Source: Octopus sinensis
Taxonomy: Eukaryota
Direction of reading: 5' to 3'
DNA: 64,000 nucleotides
Assembly: GCF_006345805.1 (NCBI RefSeq)
Contig: NC_043008.1
Location: 43,648,001 to 43,712,000, forward strand
This document shows, in pieces, positions 1 to 13,239 of the stretch; positions within the stretch are counted from its first letter, which is position 1, and each line of letters opens with the position of its first letter. Made by a program: the position numbers and the translations under genes. Below the pieces are notes generated by a model, which was given only the letters and a program-made list of their open reading frames with translations, had not been told where the DNA came from and ran no database searches.

Positions 1-63
1 TTGATGTGATGCATTTTATATATATATAATAATTCTATACCTTGTATTAAATGTTTTCATCAG

Positions 64-526
64 TTGGTTTTACACGCTGGTAACTTGACAAAATCTTATA
101 TAGGTTTTATCCTTATATTTTATTGATAAATATCTAGCCAGAATATATTCAGTGCTGAATTATTCCGGTTATACGCACGTGGTCGAGATGAACAAAATAT
201 GTATCCCTTTCATGGATATATAAGTGTGAACATTTGTATATGCTATACTGGATACTTTGTGTAAATGTTTATATTCAAATATTTTTCTGGTTATGTTGGC
301 ACTGATGAGTGGAGAGTGTGTTATCCATTCTGACCAAGAAACCATTAATGATATACGACTAAACCCTTTTTAAAGGAATTCCTCCTATGTTCATTCCCGT
401 AAATTCGGTGCGTGTGTATACTTGTTGAAGTAGTTTGACATTAGAGTCTCTTGACAGCGCGTGGACTTTACTTATAGGAACAGACCTTGATGTATGTAAT
501 ATGTATTATATATATATATATATACT

Positions 527-579
<53 letters not shown>

Positions 580-725
580 ACATATATATAGATATATATA
601 TATATATATATACTATATATATTATATATATATATAAATTATATACTTTGTATTAATTTATTTCATTAATTGGTTTTACACGTTGGCAACTAGATAAAAT
701 CTTATATAGGTTTTATCCTTATATT
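64..725. mobile_element. PLE pLTR-like AT-rich unit bounded by imperfect 56-bp direct repeats
   Basis: ttggttttacacg(c/t)tgg...aaaatcttatataggttttatccttatatt occurs at 64-119 and 670-725. A decayed HHR motif lies between them. Confidence 0.4.
295..359 (+). ncRNA. Decayed type I hammerhead ribozyme motif
   Basis: CTGATGA at 302-308; stem II tgg-agagtg/cattct-cca; GAAA at 338-341; near-palindromic stem III around cattaatg; AUA triplet. Stem I pairs at only about 3 of 6 positions. Confidence 0.3.
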
Positions 726-947
726 ATATATATATGTCTATATATATATGAATATATATATATGTGTGTGTGTGTATCATATGTATAATAATATATGTAT
801 GTGTGTGTGCATATATATAAATATAAATAATATGTATATGCACACATATATATACACACAACACACACACATATATATATATATATCACCATCTCTCTGT
901 CAGTCTCTCCCCTCTCTCTCTGTATATTAATGTATTATATATATATA

Positions 948-995
<48 letters not shown>

Positions 996-1102
996 CTATC
1001 TATCGTATATATATTTGATATATATTATATATATATATATTCTATATATATATATGATATATGCATGTATATATATGCTATTATACATACATCCATACAT
1101 GC

Positions 1103-1149
<47 letters not shown>

Positions 1150-1270
1150 AAAAAGAGAAAATGGAGAAATATATCTAAATCAATCATCAACTATCAGATA
1201 ATACCGAATCATATACTTTATTAAAATACTACACAATAGCAATGAGATTAGACATTAATACAACCCCTAT

Positions 1271-1309
<39 letters not shown>

Positions 1310-1337
1310 GTATGTATGTATGTATAATAGCATAAGC

Positions 1338-1381
<44 letters not shown>

Positions 1382-1460
1382 GTACAATAGCATAAGCTGT
1401 ATTATATTATATATATATATATAGTATAATATATATATAATATATATATATATATTGTAT
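505..1460. repeat. Compound (TA)n/(TATG)n/(CA)n microsatellites
   Basis: Directly visible; these explain the YI-repeat ORFs. Confidence 0.95.
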
Positions 1461-2513
1461 GTATGTATATAGCATAAGCTTATTAGCAGGAAGCTTAGTG
1501 ATGGGCATCAGACATAGACGAGATGGTGAAGTGATCATTGAAAGAGCTCTTTAAAAGTAATTGACCTTTAGTTCTTTTCAGAGTATCTGTCTAGAAGGAG
1601 GATACTCTGGCATGAAAAGTTTTTTGTATGACTCTATGATTGCGAACCGAAATTATGAAGTGCAGAGTCATACCTGCACCAGTATAAACAGAATGATTAT
1701 TTTCAAGATGGACACCGCTGGTAATTTATTTCAGAATGACTATCTTGAACAAATTGTAAAAATTTACTTGTATGATGCTCAAGAAAAAATAGAATAATGT
1801 ACAGTTACATAAAGAAACGAATAGCAATAATTTTAGAACTCAAGATGATTGTTTAAAAAGAATAAAAAGAATCACAGTCTCTTTTATTCTGTGACTGAAT
1901 TACAGACAGTCAAATGATTCTATACAGCTCAGGTTAATTGTCTACGCTGTCTCAAGCAAAAATATTCAACTAAATTAGTATTTAAGAAGGTAGTGAGGTG
2001 GTAATAATGATTTCTTCCGGCGATCTTTGGATAAGAACATTCATACAAAAAAGGACATTGAAATGCAGAGTAGAATATTTATTTAATAGAATATACATTA
2101 CATTTCAAAGTAAAACGGTGAGATGGTAGAAGTAGTAGCACGTTGGATAAAATGAAAAAACGGCATTTCTTTCGGTTCCTCGCGTTCTGAGGTCAAGTAT
2201 TGCCGAGATCCGTCGTTGCCTTTCACTCCTAGTGACCTTGAACTCTGTAACTAACCGATGTCCCGTTCAAAGGCAACGTCTTGGTGTTGGCCATTATACG
2301 CCATGGAAACCAGCTACCCGGCCTTAAGGTTCGAGGAAATAATATTCAAATATACGTTTAGAAGTAGAGTATATATTTAATAAGTGTCCGGTGTATGCAC
2401 AAACGTTTTTAAAAATTCCCGTAGGTGACTTTGTACACCCCCCCCTTTCTGATGGGTCTCTGTTTAAAGGGTTTTATCCGATGTGCTTTGTTATTATTAA
2501 AGTACTGTAGGAA

Positions 2514-2925
2514 GGGCAGTGAACTGGCAGAGTCGGTAGAATGTTGGAAAAATGCCTTGCGCTATTTACTGCGGTTGTTTACATTCTGAGTTCAAATCTC
2601 ACCCAGGTCAACATTATCTTTCATTCCTTTCGGGTCGAGGAAATGAAGAACTAATCAAGTACGGCTGTCGATGGCGTCAACTTATCCCTTTTCCCTCAAT
2701 ATCGTAGAATTTGAGCCTGAATTAAATACCATAAAAACGGAGCTCTGGAAAAATCATTACAACGCTGGCGATATTGCTTTGTGGAATTTCGTCCGTTTTC
2801 ATGTACTGGGTTCAAATTCCGCCAAGTTCGACTTTGCTTTTCATCTTTTCGGGGTCGATAAAATAAATACCAGTTGAACATTGGGCTCCCGAAATTGCTG
2901 GTCTTGGGCCGAAATTTGAAATCAT
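2514..2925 (+). mobile_element. Two degenerate family-A tRNA-derived SINE copies
   Basis: Similar to the clean copy at 45,058 (gagttcaaat B box, ctttcatc.tttcggggtcgataaa body). Confidence 0.7.
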
Positions 2926-3705
2926 TATTAGAGTGCAGTAGATAAATGATGTAGGAAGAGAATAGGTTGACGAACGTTGTTGGATCAGGAAGGATTACCA
3001 GGAGAAAGAACATCAGTAATCTACAGTTTACTAACAATTACAGTCCTTATCGCAACATCATCAGACGGAGCTGTAGGTATTTCTGGGCAGGGAATAAAGT
3101 GTAGCGAGTGAATATCAGTTGGGAATCAATAAGAAGAAATCAAGCGTTATGGCTGCGACAAAAACACTCGAAGAGCTCAACATACAAATGATACGAATAA
3201 TAAAAATTTAAAATGTACAAAGTAAAAGCTAGAGTTTAATAACTTAAGGGTAACGTCAAAGAAATGTCGTAAAAATTGTGTACAAACTACCGTTGACTAC
3301 CATGGTCCTACTACGTATTAATTTCGACTTAACGTCGCAAGGCTCGGCGAACCTCTACACACGTTAATTTATAACGTCCAACCCCAAATCCAAAACGCAA
3401 GCACCACCACTACTATTACTATTTAATATGAATGCACCAGTCCAAACCAACTTACCATTCGATGTGGGGAGGCACATACACATACTTATCTGTTAAAATT
3501 AAAATATAGTATTTGGTATCGAACTATGATAAAGTTATTTAGAGGCCTGATGTTTGGGGTTACATTTTAAGAAAGGTTCCTATAAAACACTGCGCGCTTA
3601 AGGAACCGTAAAAGAACCTCAAGAAACACATGTAGCTGAGAAATGAGTAGTAAGTATTAAATTAAAATTCTTTTATATGGTGTGATGAAGGGGATTACTA
3701 TCTCT

Positions 3706-3757
<52 letters not shown>

Positions 3758-4043
3758 CTTTATAAATTTTATAGATTCCTTACCAATTTTCTTGACTTCC
3801 CTTTTCACCCGGGAATTCAAGCATTCCCCCCTTATTTTTGCATTTTAGCATAAAACGTTTGTCACTGTTCCGCGGCTGTACACACATCTTCCCACCCAAA
3901 CACGTTTTTAATTTATTAATTTATTCACAAGCATTAATTCATTCACATGCATTTTAATTTATTCACATTGCCAATCCATGTGCCTGAGAAATTCATTGAT
4001 TCCCACTGACCTGCACACACTCTCATCTACATGCGCATATACA

Positions 4044-4217
4044 TACATACATCCATACATACATACATATATACACACATACATACATACATACATACTT
4101 ACATACATACATACATACATACATATACATACATACATACATTCATTCATTCATTCATACATACATACATACATACATACATACATACATACATACATAC
4201 ATACATACACACATACA

Positions 4218-4251
<34 letters not shown>

Positions 4252-4358
4252 CATACATACATACACATACACATACATACATACATACATACATAAATAC
4301 ATACATACAAACATACATACATACATAAATACATACATACATACATGCACACATACAT
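4044..4358. repeat. (CATA)n microsatellite
   Basis: Directly visible. Confidence 0.97.
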
Positions 4359-4360
4359 AA

Positions 4361-4686
4361 CTGGTTCTCCGTCGGTTACGACGATGTATGTTCCAGTTGA
4401 TCCGATCAACGGAAAAGTTTGCTCGTGATATTAACGCGCAACGTTGATATTAACTCCACAGATACGCAAACCCTTAACGTAGTTCTCAGGGAGATTCAGC
4501 GTGACACAGAGTGTGACAAGGGCTGGCTCTTTTTGCAATACAGGTGCAACTCATTTTTGACAGCTGAATGGACTGGAGCCATGGGAAATAAAGTGTCTTA
4601 CCCAAGGACACAACGTGCCGCTGTGAATCGAACCCAAGACCTTAAGATCGTGAACCGGATGCCCTAACCACGAAACCACGCACTTT
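4361..4686 (-). mobile_element. Family-C tRNA-derived SINE
   Basis: Minus-strand head with A/B-box-like motifs, a gtgtccttg...gacacttt core, and a tail shared with 29,589-29,861 and 37,396-37,660. Confidence 0.85.
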
Positions 4687-4810
4687 CACATGTTCACACT
4701 ACCCAGTTAACAGTTACACAAACACCTCTCCTACACGCATCAATCTCGCTTACACTTACACACACACACACACACACACACACTCAAATCACATATATAC
4801 ATATATACCT

Positions 4811-5042
4811 GTTTCTTTATTACCCACAAGGGACTAAACATAGAGGGGGCAAACAAGGACAGACAAACGGATTAAGTCGATTACATCGACCCCAGTGCGT
4901 AACTGGTACTTAATTTATCGACCCCGAAAAGATGAAAGTAAAATCGACCGCGGCGGAATTTGAACTCACAATGTAATGACAGACGAAATACGGCTACGCA
5001 TTTCGCCCGGCGTGCTAACGTTTCTGCCAGCTCGCCGCCTTA
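4811..5042 (-). mobile_element. Family-A SINE, full length
   Basis: Reverse complement of the 45,058-45,290 copy over its whole length. Confidence 0.9.
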
Positions 5043-5384
5043 AACATATATACATATATACCTACACTTACATCTGTTTATACTCAACACGTGCATCTGC
5101 GCACCCACCCCTTTCTCTAGTGTTAATCTCCTCCCCCATAGAACAGCATTCATCCTGGTTAGAAATCCTTTGCCATCATTCTATTTCCTTCGTTCGTACT
5201 TTATACACAGACTTCTTCTCTCTCCTATTCTCCATATACTTTTTCCTTCCTTTTTTCTTCCTTTTTGATGAAAGACTAACGTCCCAAACGTTAGGACTTT
5301 CTCCAGCGAAGCATGGAACTAATACCATTTTGTTCTTATCAATGTTTGTATTAAGATATGTGTGTGTGTGTGCTTGAGGGTGTA

Positions 5385-5436
<52 letters not shown>

Positions 5437-5590
5437 ATCTATCTATTATCTATCTATCTATATCTATCTATCTATCTATCTATCTTTCTATCTATTATCT
5501 ACCTATCTATCTATCTAATCTATCTATTATCTATCTATCTATCTAGCTATCTATCTATATATTATTATCTATCTCTATCTATCTACTATC
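5385..5590. repeat. (TATC)n microsatellite
   Basis: Directly visible. Confidence 0.95.
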
Positions 5591-6005
5591 TGTACATACA
5601 AAATATAAATATATATCATATACAACATATTATATTTATATGTACGTATATATATATATATATATATATACATATATATTTATTGCATACATTCATAAAT
5701 ATATATACTTTTTTTATACAAATATATATGTATGCATACATACATACATACGTATATATATATATATATATATATGTATGCATCTATATACGTATATATA
5801 TATCCACACATACATTCCTGTCCACGCAGACACTCACATACACACATACACACTCTCTCACATACACACAACACACACGCACACACAAACATAAACACAC
5901 ACACACATATATATATACAACAGAAATATACCTGTGTGCATGTGCGTGCTTTATATTTAATTACGTATATGTCACTTCATTTAAACACCTTCGTATATTA
6001 CGCCC

Positions 6006-6055
<50 letters not shown>

Positions 6056-6109
6056 GCTATTTTACTTATCGAAAATAATTTCTTCTTCTTCTTCTTCTTC
6101 TTCTTCTTC

Positions 6110-6142
<33 letters not shown>

Positions 6143-6538
6143 TTCTTCTTCTTCTTTTCCTTCTACTCCTTTTTGTCCTTGTTCTTCTTCACCTTCCTCT
6201 TCTTCTTCTTCTTCTTCTTCTTCTTCTTCTTCCTTTTCGTTTCTTCTTCTTCTTCTTCTTCTTCTCCTTTTTCTTCTTCTTCCTTTTCTTCTCCTTCTTC
6301 TTCTTCTTCGTCTCCTTCTCCTTTTCTTCTTCTTCTTCTTCTTCTTCTCTTCTTCTTCCTTCTCCATCTTCCTTTTCTTTTCTTCTTCTTCTTCTTCTTC
6401 GTCTTCTTCTTCGTCTTCTTCTTCTTCTCCTCTTCCTCCTACTCCTCTCCTCCTCCTCCTTCTACTTCTTCTTCTTCTTCTTCTTCTTCTCCTCATCCTC
6501 CTTCTCCTCCTTCCTCCTTCGTCTTCATCATCTTCTTC
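6006..6538. repeat. (CTG)n followed by a long (TTC/TCA/TCC)n polypyrimidine tract
   Basis: Directly visible; source of the poly-S/F/L ORFs. Confidence 0.95.
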
Positions 6539-7079
6539 TCCCTATTAAATCCCTCTAGCATATAAAACAAAGTCCACCTTTGTAATTCTATAATAAACGA
6601 GATCGTCTCGTATATTACATTGCCAGAATTACAAACCGACATTTCTGTCGTAGGCGTTGTTGACTTCTCCATTTGATAATCTATTTAAAAGAAACAAAAA
6701 GGTAAAAACCAATACCAAACATAAAAACAAAAAAAAATAATAAAAATCCTTACGAGAGAATGGTGTTTTATTGGAATAGTATTTATCGTATTTTTGTCTG
6801 TAGTCATCCACACCTGTCGCCAATAGCAACACACTTCTTTTATATATGTATGTCTTTGTTTTCATACACTTTCCTCCACCATTTTGTCTGACCGCCATCA
6901 TTGTTTTTTAGTTTACTTGTGAATGGCTTTCCTTTTCGTTTTGTTTGATATTTTTGTACATTTGTACACCAATGTTGCTGTTGTTCTGGCTGTTGTTTAA
7001 CCCCTGGGCAGTATTGTTTCAGCAGACACATCTACAATCAAAATCATCCATCCATGACTATCTAGTTCGTTTTGAGATA

Positions 7080-7260
7080 AACAGGCTCAGGCGTGGTTGT
7101 AGCTACAGCCGTGTGGTTGCGATGTTTGCTTTCGAACCGCATGGTTTCAGGTTCAGACCCACTGCTTGGAATCTATGGCAAGTGTCATCTGCTACAGACC
7201 CAAGGCCTCCAACCAAGGCCTCGTAAGTGGATTCGGTAAACTGAAAAAGAAACATGCCAC
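7080..7260 (+). mobile_element. Family-B (CORE-like) SINE, 5' part
   Basis: Aligns by eye to the head of 24,210-24,620. Confidence 0.7.
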
Positions 7261-7409
7261 ATCCATCCACTCGTCCACCCATAGATCAAGCTCTCCTTCG
7301 ATCGATCGATCGATCCATCTATCCATCCATCCATCCATCCATCCATCCATCTATCCATCCATCCATCCATCCATCCATCCATCCATCCATCCATCCATCC
7401 ATCCATATA

Positions 7410-7541
7410 GACGTTAAAACCGGCAAGATAGTAACATCCACAGGAAACCTCCACAGAAAATGTGACACCGCCAAGCTCTACCTAAGAAGAGATAAAGGAG
7501 GCAGAGGTTTGAGATCTGCAGAAAGCCTTCAAATGTAGTAT

Positions 7542-7577
<36 letters not shown>

Positions 7578-8100
7578 ACAGCACTTGCTAAACAACAGCA
7601 GCAAAAATATACAATGCAATTCGGAAGAATAAGTCTGTCCTGAAATAAATATAAAGAATCCCCTTGTTACTGAATACTGGTGGAACATTCCTAGCATTCC
7701 TATCGAAGCATCCATCAAGTGTAAGCATAACAGACCGGATACTGTTGTCTGGGGCACACAAGAAAGAGTGTCTACCGTCATAGAGGTCAGATGTCCTGCT
7801 AATGTGAATGTCTCTTTGAAAATCAAAGAGAGAAAAAGTAACTACAGACAACTGCTTCAAAACCTGCAGTTTCTATATCCAGATTACACATCTACATTTA
7901 TACCAATAATAATTGGTGCCCTTTGTCTTGTGGCAATCTGGATAAGCTAGGGTTTCCAGGAAAAGAAATCAAATCTTGTGAGTAAATATCTAAGTGACAA
8001 TTCGGATAAGCTAGGGTTTCCAGGAAAAGAAATGCACCAAATCTCACATTATACTTACAATCTGTATGAGGAACGGTAAAGACATGCAAATGTGACATTG
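7410..8100 (+). pseudogene. R4/Dong-type non-LTR retrotransposon remnant (RT thumb and restriction-like endonuclease)
   Basis: Translations [24 protein letters not shown] and EYWWNIP...KHNRPDTVVWGTQERVSTVIEVRCPANVNVSLKIKERKSNYRQL...FIPIIIGAL match the RLYL-R-GGRGL and PD-(D/E)...P...K..KY motifs of RLE LINEs. Interrupted by a (CT)n tract and a 30-bp duplication. Confidence 0.85.
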
Positions 8101-9072
8101 TTCTTTTTCTACATTCCAACGATGGACCGTTGTACCTTTGTTATAAACCAGTTCCTTTCCCAGACGTATAATTCAAATAATCAAAAACAAAAGAAAACAT
8201 ACATACACACATACATATAATTGACGTCAGAAGAATTCATTAAAGTTTCGAGAGAAGGTGGAATAGCTAATGTTTGGAATTGGATTTTGTTATTCATAGA
8301 ATTAGATCTAAATAATGGCATGTCTATGTGGAGTTTGGGTGAAGAATGAATGCTGAGCAGAAATGATGGACTAGAGATAAAGATTAAAAGAATTTTGTCT
8401 CGATGAGGAATAAAATGTGTTGAGGTGGTATGTGGGGTTTAGATTGGACCAAAGCTAAATGGCGTTGAAGAGTAAACAGGATTATCCTTCGGGTATAGAT
8501 TTAGTTTTTGCCTTTACAGAAATGAAGGAGGAGTTGTTGCACCGTGAAGTTACATACTCATCTGTAGTTTTATTTACACTACAAACGCTGCTAGCCTTGG
8601 GTAACAACTAATATTTGTTTTAGATATTAACCAATGACATACGGGTCCTGCATATCCGATATTTTCTTTATTTGAAAAATTGAAACCCCACAAATCTCCT
8701 TTTTCAGAATCACAATCTCCATATTCTTCCACGTATTTTGACCCCAAATTTCTTTTTAAAGTGAAAAGTTAAGAAATTTAAAGGTCGAGGAACCAATGTA
8801 AATAAAAATAAGTTCGGTATTGCATATATATATATATTTCTTTTTCTCTTGTGTTTCTTATTGCTTTTTCTTCTATTTGATAAAAGATATTTACCCGAAA
8901 CGTTAGATTCTCTTGTGCTTCTTCCATTGCCGTATTTAGTTTTATTGCAAACTTATTTCGTTGTTGCTTTGTTTTCGCTTTATATTTGTACGCTTTTTTT
9001 ATTTACGTCTCGTTTTTCTAAATTCATTTATCTCCTCTTTGTCTCATAATCGTACTAATTTTTATATCAACG

Positions 9073-9073
<1 letters not shown>

Positions 9074-9159
<86 letters not shown>

Positions 9160-9239
9160 GTCTCTCTGTCCGTTTGTCCGCCTGTCTGTCTGCCGCCTGT
9201 CTGCCTGCCTGCCTGCCTGTCTGTCTGCTTGACTGTCTG

Positions 9240-9298
<59 letters not shown>

Positions 9299-9350
9299 GT
9301 CTGTCTGTCTGTTCATTTCTCTGTCTGTCTGTCTGCCTGCCTGTCTGTCC

Positions 9351-9429
<79 letters not shown>

Positions 9430-9561
9430 CATCTATCTGTCTGTCTCAATCAGTCTGTCTACCCATCTATGTATGTGTATATGTACGTATGCATGTACGT
9501 ATGGATGTATGTATATATGTATGCATGTATGTGTGTATGTATGTATGTATATATGTATGTA

Positions 9562-9622
<61 letters not shown>

Positions 9623-9627
9623 CTCTA

Positions 9628-9658
<31 letters not shown>

Positions 9659-9661
9659 TTA

Positions 9662-9697
<36 letters not shown>
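9074..9697. repeat. (TATC)n/(TGTC)n/(TATG)n compound microsatellite
   Basis: Directly visible. Confidence 0.95.
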
Positions 9698-9699
9698 AC

Positions 9700-9849
9700 A
9701 AGAGCCTGGATCTCGAAGTCAAGACGATATTCGTAGACCCGGAGGGTAGACTGATCGTTCTGGATGTTGACGGCAGCAATGGGTGCGCTTTTCGACTCGT
9801 ATCAGTCTACGCACCGCCCTTAACAGGTCGGGCGGATTTCTTTCGATGC
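9700..9849 (+). pseudogene. L1/Tx1-type APE endonuclease fragment
   Basis: [48 protein letters not shown] matches the D-xGR-hydrophobic...(N/S)VYAP...FF segment of L1/Tx1 ORF2 endonucleases. Confidence 0.75.
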
Positions 9850-10028
9850 GGGATATTCTGCTACATTGATATTCTGATAGAAACACAACAGGAAATTGGA
9901 AACCCACTAAAGTTAAAGGGTTCAAGGCAAAGATTCCTAGCACAATGTCGGGTAACAAGTCCCTGTTGCGGCTACTTGAAGAAAATGCTATATTATTCCT
10001 AAGTATTATATCAATATTTACAATTCTT

Positions 10029-10463
10029 GCAGAATCGTCAACACGGCGGATGAAATTCTTAGTGACATTTCGTCTGTTTTTACGTTCTGAGTTCAAATTC
10101 CACCGAGGTCGACTTTGCCTTTCATCCTTTCGAGGTTAATGAATTAAGTACCAGTTGCATAGCAGGGATCGATCTAATCGACTGGCACCCTCCCCCAAAA
10201 TTTCGGGGCCTTGTGCCTACGGTAGTAAGGAATATTTACAATTCTTAAAGGTGGCGAGTTTGCAGAACCGTCAACATGGTGGGCGAAATGCTTAGCGGTA
10301 CTTCGTCTGTCTTTACGTTCTGAGTTCATATCCCACCGGGGTCCACTTTGCCTTTCATCCTTTGGGGGGGGGGGTAAAATAGATACCAGCTGAGAACTGG
10401 GGTCGATGTAATCGACTAATCCCCTTCCTCGAAGTTGCTGGCTCGGTGCCAAAATTTGAAACT
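10029..10463 (+). mobile_element. Two tandem family-A SINEs with different 3' tails
   Basis: Copies at 10,029-10,230 and 10,249-10,463. A 16-bp direct repeat aatatttacaattctt lies at 10,013-10,028 and 10,231-10,246. Confidence 0.85.
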
Positions 10464-11560
10464 AATATATACACGATAAAATAATGCCATATTGTCCAAA
10501 TGCTCGATCAAAAATGAAAATGTACGTTTGCGATCCTTTGAGGTGTATAACATACCCTGATCCCCATAACCAATAGCCACAGTGTTCCGTTCGTGACCAT
10601 CCCATCATTTTGTGGGTACCAAGGAATACATTAGCTAAAATTTACTTCCTTGTCTAAGACGGTGAGTACAGTGATAATTTGAGTAAATTTTAGCTACCGC
10701 TTCTAACAGAACGAGTGACCGCAAAAACTTCTTATCACTTCATTTTGGTAAATCGAGGCTGTCACCAATTTATTATTTCAAGCTGGGACATTGTACAAAA
10801 TCAGGACACGGGGTTTCGAACCGTAGTCGGCTTGGTCGAAGACCAAACAGTAGCATACAATAACAATAACTAAAGCGACGAACACTAACAACAACAAAAG
10901 GAGCAGCAGTAGCAGCAGCAGCCATGGAAGCAGCAATTTAAACAAAATATCTAAACTCAGTAATTTCATTATTACTGCCGCCGCCCATCCACCCAGCTAC
11001 CTTTCCAACAGGCAAACATAAATTCTTGCGCGTTTTTGATTGTTGACTAATATCGATTTTAGTCTATTTTCGAACGATATTCAGTTTTTCTAACCAAAAT
11101 AACATTTAACCTTGTTAACAACCCGTTTGAATCGAGACCGATGGCCAATTAATATGGTTATATTATATAATGCGCAGTCGTTCTGAATTGCTGCTGCCTG
11201 GCTTTAGAGAATTTTAGTCTTTCACAAAGCTCTGCACGAAAGCTGGAATAATTTATAGAATTATAGAACCAATAGAACCAAATGGAATTTTCAGTAATTT
11301 TTTCATAGTTTAGTTAATGATAAAAGGGTTATGCCTATGAAATTTCCCAGACCTTCTGGCGGCCTGGATAATCTCATGGGCATAATCCTTCTCTCTGCTA
11401 GAATTATGTAATAGCAGAGGCTCAATGGAGAGCTTATCCGTGACGTGTGTATGTGTGTATCAAAAATTCTTTGTGGGGCCTCTTACTATCAGAATAAACC
11501 GTATACTCTCTACTGTTGTCTTTCAATGATCTCTACAAGGCATATTCCATGTACAACTTA

Positions 11561-11687
11561 GCGGGCCGATAGAATAAGTACTAGGTTTACAAAGAGTAAG
11601 TACTTCGGTCGATTTGTTCGACTAAAGACGGTGCTCCAGCATGGCCGCAGTCAAATGACTGAAACTAGTAAAAGCATAAAAGAATAA
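11561..11687 (+). mobile_element. Family-B SINE 3' tail
   Basis: cggtgctccagcatggccgcagtcaaatgactgaaac plus an A-rich end, as in 24,210-24,620. Confidence 0.8.
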
Positions 11688-11939
11688 AACCAAAAGCACC
11701 TGTTAACACAAACTAACGAAAAAAACCCCAAAAAAAACGTCTAAGATAAGAATCGTAGAACGTCTGTGGTATGGAAAAGAAGATAATGTATTGGTAAGGA
11801 ATCAAGTTGGCAGAGTTGATAAAGAACTATGGAAGGAATGAAGGAGAATAAAAGTAACATTGCCTGCGGGGTTTGTAAGAAAACAACATCAGACATTTCA
11901 ACATTGATATGAGCTTAATATGGCAGCCTCTTATCGTTT

Positions 11940-12348
11940 ATCTTTCGTTTGTGTCAGTCATTGGACTGCAGCCAAGATGGAGTACCTTCTCGAAGGGTTT
12001 ACTCGAAAGAATTGCACTCCTACCAACAGCGTTTTATTTTGAAATCTGATACTTATTCTATCGGTTTCTATTAGCGAATCATTAAGTTATGAGGGACGTA
12101 AACAAACCAGTATCAAATGATGGTGGTGAGACAAACGGACACAAAGACTTACACACACACACACACACACACACATACATACACACACATGTACATGCAC
12201 ATACACATATACGACGGGCTTCCATACATTTGCATTCACAAAGCATTGCTCCAGCCGGGGCTATAGTAGAAGACACTTGCTCAAGGTTCACGCAAGAGGA
12301 CTGAACCGGAAACCTGGTGACTGTAAAGCAAGCTTCTTAACCACACAG
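11940..12348 (-). mobile_element. Family-B SINE, diverged
   Basis: Reverse complement of the family-B head, core and tail, with an internal (CA)n. Confidence 0.75.
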
Positions 12349-12794
12349 ATATATCTGCCCCCTCTAAATGTAAATGCAAAGGTTGCTGGTTCGAGACATG
12401 CTTGCTTCAGCAATCATGTTTCCATCGTCTTCAAAAAGTCCGGCAATGGACGCAGTAATTAATGTAAACTTGAACCGACTCCATCCGACAATAAGAAATG
12501 CGTGATGGTCAGAATTGGGATGCCTTTGATAAGGTGGCTGACCAGGAAATAATATCAAGATACCAAGTGAGGTTAATCACCCTTTAATGGATAGCCAGTG
12601 ATTAGAAGTGTCTATTATCGAACTGTATCGAACTATTTCGAACTAGTTTTCTAGCATAACGAGCATAAATAAACGAAATATCCAAGAGGAATTAATAAGA
12701 TTGTAATTTCTCGGACCATTAATCTCTTCTTTAGAATGTCTATCTACAATATTTATATCTACATTATATTTCCATCGATACGATCTCTTCGAGA

Positions 12795-12843
12795 CCACCA
12801 GCACCACCAGCACCAGCACCAGCACCAGCACCAGCACCACCAC

Positions 12844-12903
<60 letters not shown>
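12795..12903. repeat. (CACCAG)n followed by (CAT)n
   Basis: Directly visible. Confidence 0.95.
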
Positions 12904-13239
12904 ATATCTTGTTAATAGTTGTGCACATGATCCCAATCTGGATTCGAGATATTAGACTAATCATTACAGATGAAAAAATAGTTTATTTTTCGAAAATATT
13001 TCATACCATGTTTCGATTCCTAATCGTCATCAGGTGTCTTATGGAAATGCATAAATAATATCAGAATCGATTATACCAACTGTGAGTTATACTATTTCAA
13101 AACTTTCTATTAAACCCGTCTTATCCTTTAGGGAACTGACATGTGTACCATTAATTCTGAAATTCTACATTTGTTCTATAGAGCCATTGACCGTTTCTGG
13201 TAGTCTCGACACCATTTTGTCGCTTATTGGTGTTTCTTG

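Noticed and set aside
1515-1560. HHR-like trace (agacga...atggt/atcat GAAAGAGCTC)
   Set aside because: The core lacks CUGA and stem I does not pair.
1581-1720. Possible plus-strand exon after ttgacctttagttcttttcag
   Set aside because: The peptide is not recognisable, the opposite strand shows equally good splice signals, and there is no supporting neighbouring exon.
5255-5300. HHR-like remnants here and at 8,870-8,915 (TTGATGA/TTGATAA ... AAACGTT)
   Set aside because: Multiple core changes and no convincing stems.
8220-8600. Possible old LINE endonuclease remnant on the minus strand
   Set aside because: Many stops and only vague motif similarity.
13000-13040. Minus-strand CTGATGA-cgatt/aatc-GAAACATGGTA
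   Set aside because: Stem II and GAAA are present but stem I cannot pair; at best a broken remnant.
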